A stretch of 35,161 nt of DNA from Actinomycetota bacterium (lineage in GTDB: Bacteria; Actinomycetota; Acidimicrobiia; IMCC26256; VFJJ01), in contig VFJJ01000139.1 of the NCBI GenBank assembly GCA_009886115.1, positions 1-35,161 of the forward strand, in the 5' to 3' direction. Of this stretch, positions 17,900-26,336 are shown one piece after another. Position numbers and translations under genes: made by a program. The notes under the pieces were generated by a model, which made no database searches, had not been told where the DNA came from, and saw only the letters and a program-made list of their open reading frames with translations. Positions within the stretch are counted from its first letter, which is position 1; every line of letters starts with the position of its first letter.

Positions 17900-18745
17900 T
17901 CACATCCAGCTCGGCCAGTCGTCGGTCAAGGTCATCGACCATCGGGGCTCGCGCTTGTCGAGGAACGCGTGCACGCCCTCTTGGGAATCGGGGGCTCCCA
18001 TCAGGTGGAGGTGCAGGTCGGTCTCGAGCCGGTCGATCGTCGAACCGTCGGGCTGCGGATCCATCCACAGCAAGCGCTTCGACACGCCGACCGACACGGG
18101 CGCGGTGAACACGGCGATGTCGCGAGCGATCTCGATCGCTCGGGGAAGCACCTGGTCGCCATCGTGGGCCTCGTTCGCCAAGCCCCAGCGCTCGGCGTCG
18201 ACGCCGGAGAACTGGCGGCCGGTGAGCAGGATCTCCGCGGCCCGGGCGTGGCCGACGATGCGCGGCAGGGTCCAGTGGGAGCGGGCGTCGGGCATGACGC
18301 CCCTGCGGTTCTGCACGATGCCCAGCTTGGCTTCGCGAGCGACGATCCTGATGTCGCAGTGGAGGGCGATCGTGAGCCCCAGGCCGATGGCATGACCGTT
18401 GATCGCCGCGATGACGGGCTTGCGCACCTGCCACGCCGGGAAGCGCAAGGGATTGGCCCGGAAGGCCGACCGATCGCCGGGCGCACCGAACACCGCGGCC
18501 CCGCCCGAGAAGTCGGCTCCGGCGCAGAACGCTCGTCCCGCGCCGGTCACGACGATGGCCCGGACGCCGTCGTCGGCATCGAAGCGCTCGTACGCCTCGT
18601 CGAGCGCGGCCCCCATCGCCCCCGAGAACGCGTTGAGCACCTCGGGACGGTCGAGCGTGAGCACGGCGATGCGGTCGACGACCTCGACCACGACTGGAGG
18701 TCGGGAAGGCGGCGGTGGCGCGGGATGGTCGGCCTGGACGCTCAT
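17900..18745 (-). CDS. Enoyl-CoA hydratase/isomerase (crotonase) family protein
   Basis: LTLDRPEVLNA, AFCAGAD, KPVIAAINGHAIG and EGVHAFLDKR motifs. Confidence 0.9.
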   Translation of the reverse strand: MSVQADHPAPPPPSRPPVVVEVVDRIAVLTLDRPEVLNAFSGAMGAALDEAYERFDADDGVRAIVVTGAGRAFCAGADFSGGAAVFGAPGDRSAFRANPLRFPAWQVRKPVIAAINGHAIGLGLTIALHCDIRIVAREAKLGIVQNRRGVMPDARSHWTLPRIVGHARAAEILLTGRQFSGVDAERWGLANEAHDGDQVLPRAIEIARDIAVFTAPVSVGVSKRLLWMDPQPDGSTIDRLETDLHLHLMGAPDSQEGVHAFLDKREPRWSMTLTDDWPSWM

Positions 18746-18797
18746 GCATCCAGTCTCGCTCGGGCGTGCTCTCGGCGCCCATGCGAACCAGGCTTCC

Positions 18798-19895
18798 TCA
18801 GATGCGGGTGTCGGGGCGGACGTACGAGCTGCCGGGACCCCCGTAGGCCACGCCCAGCCCGGGCCGGACGGGCCAGTCGATGGCGGGCATCGAGGCGACG
18901 GCGGTCTTCCACCCGGCGATCAGACGGTCTTCGTTCGCGTAGTCGAAGGGATCCTCGAGGATGTGCTCCTCGATGCCGCCGGGCTCGGGACGATGCTCGG
19001 CCAGCCAACGGGCCGTGAGTCGGACGGCCTGGCGGGCCGGCACGAGATCGCGATAGCCCAAGAGCTGCTTGGCCTTGGCGATGTCGAGCACCCGGTGCGT
19101 CGGTCGATGCTGCTGCACGAGCGGACGTGCCGGGACCGCCAGCTCCCACGGCATCGAGACGATCTCCCACGTGTGGCCCAAGGTGTCGGCCACGATCTCG
19201 GCCACCTGACGGAGCGTGAGGGTCTCCTCGTCGCCTGCGTTGAAGACCTGTCCCGCAGCGGCTTCGGGCCGGTCGGTCGCGAGCAGGACCATGTGGGCCA
19301 GGTTCTCGGTATAGCCCTGGGTCAGCAGGGTGAGCCCGTCGTCGGCCAGCACGAGGTGGCGGCGACCGTCGAGCGCCCGCTTGACGAGACACCACTCGCG
19401 CGGCGCCGGCTGGCGGGGCCCGTAGACCATCGGGTAGCGGAAGTGCGCCGCCGTGGGCTGGTGCGCGAAGACCATGTCCTCGGTCCGGGCGATGCGGTAA
19501 CTCTTGCCGTCGTCGCCCTCGTCGGAGCGGACGAGGTCCTCGCCGGCGGAGACCGGCAGGCCCGGCGGATCCCAACGGTCGGGGTCGAAGAAACCCCGGA
19601 TCGCCGGTACTCCGCCGATCGACACGAACTGCCCGCATCGTCCTGCGAGCACCTCGGCGATGGCCCGCAGCCGCCCGTAGGTGGCCACGACGAGATCGAA
19701 CGTGCGAGTTCCGAGCGCCGCGGCGAGCTGCTCACCGTCGTGGGGGCTGGTGTGAACGTGCTCGAGGTGCTCGAGCTCGGGCAGCTCGTGACGGCCGGTG
19801 TGGAGCATCGTCACCCGATGACCCCGCGCGACGAGCCCATGGACGATGTGCGGTCCGGTGGGCCCGGTGCCGCCGATGACGAGAGCAGTGGTCAT
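18798..19895 (-). CDS. NAD-dependent epimerase/dehydratase family protein
   Basis: ALVIGGTGPTG, FRYPMVYGP and GQVFNAGD motifs. Confidence 0.82.
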   Translation of the reverse strand: MTTALVIGGTGPTGPHIVHGLVARGHRVTMLHTGRHELPELEHLEHVHTSPHDGEQLAAALGTRTFDLVVATYGRLRAIAEVLAGRCGQFVSIGGVPAIRGFFDPDRWDPPGLPVSAGEDLVRSDEGDDGKSYRIARTEDMVFAHQPTAAHFRYPMVYGPRQPAPREWCLVKRALDGRRHLVLADDGLTLLTQGYTENLAHMVLLATDRPEAAAGQVFNAGDEETLTLRQVAEIVADTLGHTWEIVSMPWELAVPARPLVQQHRPTHRVLDIAKAKQLLGYRDLVPARQAVRLTARWLAEHRPEPGGIEEHILEDPFDYANEDRLIAGWKTAVASMPAIDWPVRPGLGVAYGGPGSSYVRPDTRI

Positions 19896-19981
19896 CGACG
19901 GAGTCTGGCAGCCCGAGCCGTGCTGTGAGCGGCTGGCTCCGCTCGGTGCGAGCTCGGCCGTTCCCCCTACATTCTGCGGTC

Positions 19982-20623
19982 ATGACCGACGCGAACCCGT
20001 CTCCGACCGCCGTTGCCGTTCACCGGCGATCGATCGAGATCGAGGCCTTCGATCTCGGATCGGAGCTACGCGTCGTCGGCCGCTTGCACGACGAGCGTCC
20101 GTGGCAGGCCGAGGACGGTCATCGGATCGTCCACGACATGGAGTTGTCGGTCACCGTGGTCAAGTCCGGGCTCGTGATCACTGCCGCCGAGGGCCGCATG
20201 CGCAGCTTCCCCCACGCCGAGTGCCCGCAGATCGCGCCGGCGTTCGAGGGTCTCGTCGGCCTGTCGATCGCGCGGGGATACACCCGAGCGGTGCAGGAGC
20301 GCTTCGCCGGGGCCAAGGGCTGTGCACATCTCGCTCACCTGTCGATCGTGATCGGTCCGGTCGTGATGCAGGCGATCACCTCGTCCCGGGCCAGGGAGCG
20401 CATCGAGGCCGAAGCGGCTGGTGTCGATGCCGAGCGCGACGCATCGGCGATCCCGGGCCCGGGCTGGGTCGGCCCCGGGGTCAACACCTGCCATCTCTGG
20501 GCTGAAGGCGGGATCGGCCAGCAAAAGGTGGAGCTGGGTTGGCGGCCCGGCCGAGACGGGTTCCCTGCGCCGACGCTCGTCGAGATCCGCCGCCGGTACC
20601 AGCCGGCAACGCCACCAGAGTGA
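19982..20623 (+). CDS. DUF2889 family protein
   Basis: VHRRSIEIEAF, GRLHDER, VHDMEL, FPHAECP..LVGLSIARG..GCAHL and NTCHLWA pattern. Confidence 0.8.
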   Translation: MTDANPSPTAVAVHRRSIEIEAFDLGSELRVVGRLHDERPWQAEDGHRIVHDMELSVTVVKSGLVITAAEGRMRSFPHAECPQIAPAFEGLVGLSIARGYTRAVQERFAGAKGCAHLAHLSIVIGPVVMQAITSSRARERIEAEAAGVDAERDASAIPGPGWVGPGVNTCHLWAEGGIGQQKVELGWRPGRDGFPAPTLVEIRRRYQPATPPE

Positions 20624-20651
20624 CGAACGGCCGGATCTCGGGCACGTCCCG
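20584..20651 (+). repeat. 68 bp direct repeat, copy A (3' end of the DUF2889 gene plus downstream sequence)
   Basis: 57/68 identical and ungapped to 21205-21272 by manual alignment. Confidence 0.85.
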
Positions 20652-20826
20652 AGGTGCGTTCGAGGCGTGGCTCGATGCCAACGTCGATACACCCGAAGGT
20701 GTCTGGTCTGGCTCTCACGGCCCTTGGCCGGATGCGCCCGACAGGAGTCGCCGAAGTCGAATCCGCAAGACGCGACCGGCAACACACGGCAACGCCGGCT
20801 CGAACGCATCGTCACCGAGCTCGCGA
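20652..20826 (+). pseudogene. Collapsed remnant of a YdeI/OmpD-associated family gene
   Basis: Three collinear segments in three frames: AFEAWLDANVDTPEGVW / LTALGRMRPTGVAEVESARRD / TRQRRLERIVTEL. Confidence 0.7.
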
Positions 20827-20889
20827 TCGAATCCCTGGAAGCCATCCAACCCCAATCAGGATCGACCGCACCGCCCACGACGACGTGAC

Positions 20890-20988
20890 TCAGCGCTTGA
20901 ACGTGTGCACGTCGGGGTCGTAGATGTCGAAAGAGGGGCCCTGCGTCACCCCATCCAACGACATGAACTCCTGGACCACCAATCGCAT
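20890..20988 (-). pseudogene. 32 aa remnant of a dihydrofolate-reductase/RibD C-terminal domain family gene
   Basis: MRLVVQEFMSLDGVTQGP (typical RibD_C N-terminus) joined to SFDIYDPDVHTFKR*; intact GAAGGAG RBS. Confidence 0.72.
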
Positions 20989-21042
20989 GCGAACTCCTTC
21001 GGGTCCCGACATCCAACAAGGCGCCCACTATCAAACAACCAT

Positions 21043-21192
21043 GTGGTCAGATCACCATCTGCTGCTGAGGCCGCTCTGGACAGACAGTTGCGGGCCCTGG
21101 CGGACCTCGTGAGGACCCGACCGATACGCCGAGACATCGTGGTGTGCTCGCTGGGGCGCGAATGGTCGATCGGTGAACTCGCACGACGGATC
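21043..21192 (+). pseudogene. Truncated ArsR/SmtB family regulator remnant
   Basis: LDRQLRALAD[LVRTRP]IRRDIV..EWSIGELARR, broken before the recognition helix; an ACAACCATGTGGT operator-like sequence overlaps the start. Confidence 0.68.
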
Positions 21193-21204
21193 CAGGCGGA
21201 CCTC

Positions 21205-21272
21205 GATCAGCCGCCGGTACCGTTCGGCACCGCCTTCGGAGTGACGGACGGCCGGATCTCGGGCTGGTCCCG
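21205..21272 (+). repeat. 68 bp direct repeat, copy B
   Basis: Translates as ISRRYRSAPPSE* versus IRRRYQPATPPE* in copy A, with the stop codon at the same position. Confidence 0.85.
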
Positions 21273-21290
21273 GGTCATTAGTCTCTGGTG

Positions 21291-24221
21291 GTGACCACAC
21301 TTCCCCGATGGGTCTCGACCACGCTGGCGCTCGCCGTCGTCACCACGCTCGTCGCGTCGTGCACGAGCGCTGACGACTCGGGCCATGCCTCCCCGACGAC
21401 CAAGTCGTCGTCCGAGGACTCCGAGGACTCCGAGAGCACGCGGTCCTCGTCGACCGATCCGACCGCGACCGTCCCCTCATCAGCCACGCAGATCCCCGTC
21501 GACCCCGATGTGCTGATCGGGGAGCTCGACAACGGTCTTCGGTACTACGTGCGTGAGAACCAGGCACCAGGAGGTCGAGCCTCGCTGCGGCTCGTCGTCG
21601 ATGTCGGCTCGGCTCTCGAGGACGACGACCAAAAGGGTGGTGCGCACTTCCTCGAGCACATGCTGTTCAACGGGACCGAGCTCTTCCCGGCCAACGAGCT
21701 GATCTCGGTGCTCGAGCAGTTCGGGGCCGAGTTCGGGCCCGACGTGAACGCGTACACCAGCGTCGACGAGACCGTCTACGAGCTCACGATCCCCACCGAT
21801 GACGACGAGATCATCGACACGGCGCTCGACGTGTTGCTGGAATGGGCGGCGAACGCCACCATCGACGAGGACGACGTGAACGACGAGCGGGGCGTCGTGC
21901 TGGAGGAATGGCGCCTGTCCGAGCAGAGCGCCGACGGACGTGTGTACTCGCGATACCGCGATCTCCTTCTCGCCGGCACCGAGTACGAGGGAACCGATCC
22001 CATCGGCTCGGAGGCGTCGATCGGCGCGCTCGACTCCGATGCCCTGCGCCGCTTCTACGAGGACTGGTACCGGCCCGACCTGATGACCGTCGTCGCCGTG
22101 GGTGACTTCGACGTCAACGACATGGAGGAGCGCATCAGCGATCGCTTCGCCGACCTGCCCCCGGCCGCCGACGACGCCCGAGCTCGTCCGGTGATCCCGT
22201 GGGAGAGCGTCGCCAGCGCAGTTCCCGAGGTGGCGGTGTACGCCGACGCCGACGTGCCGAACGGTTCGGCCGAGGTGTTGTACCCGACGCTCGTCGAAAC
22301 GACGGCCACGTTCGGGGCCTGGCGCGACGGCGTGGCCGCGTCGTTGGGCTGGGACATGGTGTCCACGCGCCTGGCCGACGACGCGACGCGAGGTGAGGCC
22401 CCGTTCCTGGGTGCTGGTTACACCTACGACCCGATCGGGCGGCCCGTGGCCATCGAAGGGATCTCTCTCGACGCCGCCGCTGCAGACCTCAGCGATTCGG
22501 TCGCGACGGTGCTCACCGAGCTGGAACGGGTGCGCCGCTTCGGGTTCTCGGCCGACGAGCTCGATCGGGCCGTCGAGGCGCGGCGTGCTTCGGCCGAGCA
22601 GTACTACGAAGGCCGCGACACCACCCAGGATGCCGAGTACGCCGACACGTACGTCTTCCACGCGCTCGAGGGCGGGCCGCTCCCGTCGGCTGAGACCGAG
22701 CTCGAGCTCGAGACCGATGCTCTCGACGCGCTTTCGCCCGAGGATGCTCAGGGCGCCCTCGTCGATCTGTTGGACGCGACGACGCCCCATGTGCTCGTGG
22801 TGGGACCGGCCGACGATGCCGACGGGCTGCCCAGCGTCGATGACCTCGTCGACATCGCCGCCGCCGTGTCGGAGAGCGACGACCTGGAGCCCCGCGATGC
22901 CGAGGCGGCGGGGCTGGAGTCGCTCATGGATGCGCCCGAGCCCATCACCGAGATCGACAGCTCGCAGCTCTCCGAGCTCGGGGCCCGTCAGCTCGACTTC
23001 GCCAACGGGGTACGGGTGTTGCTGATCGAGACCACCATCGCCGAGGGCGGTGTGGTGCTCACGGCTCTCAGTCCTGGAGGCCAGTCGCTGCTGGATGACG
23101 ACGTGTTCGTGGAGTCGATGGTGGCCGCCGATCTCGTGGGCTCCAGCGGGCTCGGTGACATAGACCGGGTCACGCTCGACCGGTTCCTCTCGGACCGGGT
23201 CGCGGCGGTCGGCCCCTTTCTCGACGAGACGAGCGAGGGTTTCTTCGGCAACAGCTCCACCGATGATCTCGAGATCATGTTCCAGCTCGTGCACCTGTTC
23301 ATGATCGAGCCGCGGATCGACGATGCGGCGCTGACGACGTATCTCGGTCGGGTCCGTCCCGTGGCCGAGGACGTGACCCTCCAACCCGAGCTGGCGTTGT
23401 TCTCCGAGCTCCTGGACGCCCGCTACGGGGGCGATCCGCGGTATCGGATCTACCCGACCGTCGCCGAGCTCGATGCCCTCGATGTCGATGTCGCGCTCGA
23501 TGTGTTCCGCGAGCGCTTCGGAGACGCCAGCGGCTTCACGTTCGCCTTCGCCGGCGACTTCGATGTCGACGAGGTCGAGGAGCTGAGCCGCCGGTACCTC
23601 GGCACGCTGCCCGGCACCGGCCGCGACGAGGCTGCACTCGATCGTCGACCCGACCCGCCCGAGGGCGTCGTGAGCCGAACCGTGCGCAGCGGCGAGGGCG
23701 ACCAGGCCACCCTGGCGGTGCTCTGGTCGGCGTTCGGCGACCTGAGCCCGCGCGAGCGCCTTCACGTCGACGTGCTCCAGAGCATCCTCGGTGCCCGTCT
23801 GCGCGACCACCTACGCGAAGCCCTGTCGGCGACGTATTCACCGTTCGTCGACGTCTCCTGGGACGACGAGCTCCAGCCGATCTCCGACACCTACATCCAG
23901 GTGTCGGGTGATCCCGAGCGCATGAACGAGATCGCCCGCGAGCTCCAGGCCGACCTGGCCGAGCTGCGGGCCGACGGGCCAGAGCCCGAGCAGCTCGCCG
24001 CGGCGCGCGAGGTGCTGTCGAGGGAGTTCGAGCTGGTGAGCAACGAGTGGTACATCGAGCAACTGCTGTTCTACGACGCCCATCCGGACGAGCGACCCAG
24101 CGACCTCGACCTGCGATTCCGATGGCTCGACGAGGTGACCACCGCCGACATCGCCGACCTGGCCCGTCTGCTGTTTCCCGAGGGCCGCTACGTGGAGGTG
24201 CGCCAGGTCCCTGCGGGCTGA
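21291..24221 (+). CDS. M16 family zinc metalloprotease (PqqL-like), predicted lipoprotein
   Basis: GELDNGLRYYV, HFLEH (HxxEH), NAYTS.DETVY, ERGVVLEEWR, WYRPD; lipobox LVAS-C; TAGTCT 6 nt before GTG. Confidence 0.9.
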   Translation: MTTLPRWVSTTLALAVVTTLVASCTSADDSGHASPTTKSSSEDSEDSESTRSSSTDPTATVPSSATQIPVDPDVLIGELDNGLRYYVRENQAPGGRASLRLVVDVGSALEDDDQKGGAHFLEHMLFNGTELFPANELISVLEQFGAEFGPDVNAYTSVDETVYELTIPTDDDEIIDTALDVLLEWAANATIDEDDVNDERGVVLEEWRLSEQSADGRVYSRYRDLLLAGTEYEGTDPIGSEASIGALDSDALRRFYEDWYRPDLMTVVAVGDFDVNDMEERISDRFADLPPAADDARARPVIPWESVASAVPEVAVYADADVPNGSAEVLYPTLVETTATFGAWRDGVAASLGWDMVSTRLADDATRGEAPFLGAGYTYDPIGRPVAIEGISLDAAAADLSDSVATVLTELERVRRFGFSADELDRAVEARRASAEQYYEGRDTTQDAEYADTYVFHALEGGPLPSAETELELETDALDALSPEDAQGALVDLLDATTPHVLVVGPADDADGLPSVDDLVDIAAAVSESDDLEPRDAEAAGLESLMDAPEPITEIDSSQLSELGARQLDFANGVRVLLIETTIAEGGVVLTALSPGGQSLLDDDVFVESMVAADLVGSSGLGDIDRVTLDRFLSDRVAAVGPFLDETSEGFFGNSSTDDLEIMFQLVHLFMIEPRIDDAALTTYLGRVRPVAEDVTLQPELALFSELLDARYGGDPRYRIYPTVAELDALDVDVALDVFRERFGDASGFTFAFAGDFDVDEVEELSRRYLGTLPGTGRDEAALDRRPDPPEGVVSRTVRSGEGDQATLAVLWSAFGDLSPRERLHVDVLQSILGARLRDHLREALSATYSPFVDVSWDDELQPISDTYIQVSGDPERMNEIARELQADLAELRADGPEPEQLAAAREVLSREFELVSNEWYIEQLLFYDAHPDERPSDLDLRFRWLDEVTTADIADLARLLFPEGRYVEVRQVPAG

Positions 24222-24258
24222 ACGATGCGGGCTGAACGATGCGGGCTGAACGATGCGG
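24212..24258 (+). repeat. 14 bp tandem repeat (TGCGGGCTGAACGA), 3 copies plus 5 nt, spanning the M16 stop codon
   Basis: Exact copies start at 24212, 24226 and 24240. Confidence 0.9.
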
Positions 24259-24313
24259 TCTCCACGGTGGCGGGCCTTCGCTCCTGCGGCACAGACCGCG
24301 TACGTTTCCTGAG

Positions 24314-25774
24314 ATGGCACGTCCGACCTCGACAACGAAGCGATCACCGACAGCGACCCGCGAGTTCGGGGCTGGCAACCGTGAGAGTCACGACGCCAGC
24401 GCGTTCTACGCCCGGTTCACCCCACAGGTGGTGTCCGACGACGACACCGTCCACCCGCCGTTCGACCTGAGCCTCGACGAGGCGCTGGTGTGCGGAGACG
24501 CCCGGGCCCTCGATCTGCCCGAGGCCTCCGTGGCGCTGGTGGTCACCTCGCCGCCGTACTTCGCGGGCAAGGCCTACGAGACCGAGCTCGAACGTGACGG
24601 CATCCCCTCGTCGTACCTGGAGTACCTCGAGATGCTCCACCATGTGTTCGCCCGGTGTGTCGAGGTGATGGAGCCCGGCGGACGAATCGCCGTGAACGTG
24701 GCGAACCTGGGCCGCAAGCCGTACTGCAGCCTCTCGGGCGACGTGAGCCGCATCCTCCAGGATCTGGGGTTGCTGTTGCGGGGCGAGGTGATCTGGGCCA
24801 AGGCCGAAGGCGCCAGCGGCTCGTGTGCCTGGGGCTCGTTCAAGCAGGCGAAGAACCCCGTGCTGCGCGACATCACCGAGCGGGTCGTGGTCGCGTCGAA
24901 AGGCCGCTTCGACCGGGCCCGCACACCGACGCAGCGGCGGGCCGAGGGCCTCCCGTGGCGGAGCACGACGACGACCGACGAGTTCATGGAGGCGACCCTC
25001 GACCTGTGGCGCATCCCGCCCGAGAGCGCCCGCCGGGTCCAGCATCCGGCGCCGTTCCCGGTGGAGCTGCCGATGCGCCTCATCGACCTCTACACCTACG
25101 AGGGCGATCTGGTGCTCGACCCGTTCCTCGGCTCGGGATCGGCCGCGGTGGCCGCGGTGCGGCGAGGACGGCGCTTCGCCGGCTACGACCTCGACGACAC
25201 GTACGTGGGCATCGCCAAGGACCGGGTGCGCGCTGAGCAGGAGCGCATGGCCGGACGGGGCACGGCAGCGGCACGTACCCTCCCGCTGAGCCTTGAAGAC
25301 GCTGAGGAGTCCGACGACGAGTACCTCGTCCGGGCCCTCGACACGGGTTCGGCCACCAAGGACATCGCCGCCGAGGTCGTTGCGGCTGCGGGCTTCACGA
25401 TCGTCGATCGCAACAAGAAGATCGCCGCGACCGGCTCGGAGGTGAGCATCGTCGCCGATGACGCCACCGGCGGTCGTTGGCACTTCGACGTGACCGGCGC
25501 CTTCACCGCGACCCGGGGCGGCTTGGCCCGGACCGACGCCGTCTGGCGTGCGGTGGGCCGCGTGAGCGTGCTGTCTCGGACCCACCCCTCGGTGGCGCAC
25601 GTCGTGCTCACATCGCACCTGCCCACCCGACGCAGCCCGGGTGACAAGGCCCTCCGGGCGCTCGGCCCCGACGTGATCTTCGACGCCATCGAGATGCTCT
25701 CGAGCGCGGGTCGCAACCGGTTGCGCGCCTACGCCCGCGGGGACCGCACCACCGTCCTCCCCGGCTTCTGGTAG
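24314..25774 (+). CDS. Beta-class DNA methyltransferase (probably N4-cytosine) with an extra C-terminal domain
   Basis: VVTSPPY (motif IV) precedes HPAPFP and VLDPFLGSGS (motif I); about 150 extra C-terminal residues; TACGTT 7 nt before ATG. Confidence 0.9.
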   Translation: MARPTSTTKRSPTATREFGAGNRESHDASAFYARFTPQVVSDDDTVHPPFDLSLDEALVCGDARALDLPEASVALVVTSPPYFAGKAYETELERDGIPSSYLEYLEMLHHVFARCVEVMEPGGRIAVNVANLGRKPYCSLSGDVSRILQDLGLLLRGEVIWAKAEGASGSCAWGSFKQAKNPVLRDITERVVVASKGRFDRARTPTQRRAEGLPWRSTTTTDEFMEATLDLWRIPPESARRVQHPAPFPVELPMRLIDLYTYEGDLVLDPFLGSGSAAVAAVRRGRRFAGYDLDDTYVGIAKDRVRAEQERMAGRGTAAARTLPLSLEDAEESDDEYLVRALDTGSATKDIAAEVVAAAGFTIVDRNKKIAATGSEVSIVADDATGGRWHFDVTGAFTATRGGLARTDAVWRAVGRVSVLSRTHPSVAHVVLTSHLPTRRSPGDKALRALGPDVIFDAIEMLSSAGRNRLRAYARGDRTTVLPGFW

Positions 25775-25780
25775 CAGCGG

Positions 25781-25810
25781 CCCCCCTGACCCCCTGACCC
25801 CCAGACCCCC
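25781..25810 (-). repeat. 8-mer tandem giving four G-runs on the minus strand (potential G-quadruplex)
   Basis: Plus strand C6-TGA-C5-TGA-C5-AGA-C5. Confidence 0.6.
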
Positions 25811-25859
25811 AAATTTGTGCAGAAATCGTCGCCTGGCGACGATTTCTGCACAAATTTGG
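25809..25859. repeat. Perfect 51 bp palindrome (REP-like or bidirectional terminator)
   Basis: CCAAATTTGTGCAGAAATCGTCGCC-T-GGCGACGATTTCTGCACAAATTTGG. Confidence 0.88.
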
Positions 25860-25867
25860 TCACGGTT

Positions 25868-26233
25868 TCATGACGGCGGCGGGAAGGGTCGGCTGACGAA
25901 CGTCTTGAGGGGCTCCGTGTCGCAGGAGCCATAGCAGTACTGGTGACCCGAGACGAGGAGGAGATCATCGGCCAACACCGGGGGGCTCGGGCTCGGCGCC
26001 TGGCCGATCTGCTCGAGCGGCAGTGTCGAGGTCGGTGCCGGTGGTCGGTCGAAGCGCGCCCGGGTCGTGCAGTCGTCCCCGTCGTCTTGGCCGCTGCTCC
26101 AGTGACCCGAATCCCAGGCGCCGGGCTCAACGACGACGGCGGCGTTGTCGATTCGAGCGGCTACCAACACGTCGTCGGTCCGCATGTCCTCGATCGCGGT
26201 GCCCGGGAAGCCGAGGCAGCGGCTGTCGGCCAT
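25868..26233 (-). other. Unassigned 121 aa ORF, possibly another gene remnant
   Basis: Fills the gap between the two palindromes; SPPVLADDLLLVSG weakly recalls a PQQ-like propeller blade; no clear RBS. Confidence 0.25.
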
Positions 26234-26283
26234 CTGGACTGTTGTATGCGTGCTCCGGGTGTCGTGAATCCGCGGGCTGGGGC

Positions 26284-26332
26284 CTTCTTTGCGTCCGAGG
26301 TCAGCGTGGGAGTGACCGGAGGCGCAAAGAAG
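26284..26332. repeat. REP-like palindromic element, copy 2
   Basis: CTTCTTTGCGTCC-23 nt-AGGCGCAAAGAAG, collinear with 10235-10285. Confidence 0.75.
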
Positions 26333-26336
26333 CGGG

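Noticed and set aside
24212..24258. Possible mini-CRISPR array
   Set aside because: The units are 14 bp, head-to-tail with no spacers, and there are no cas genes.
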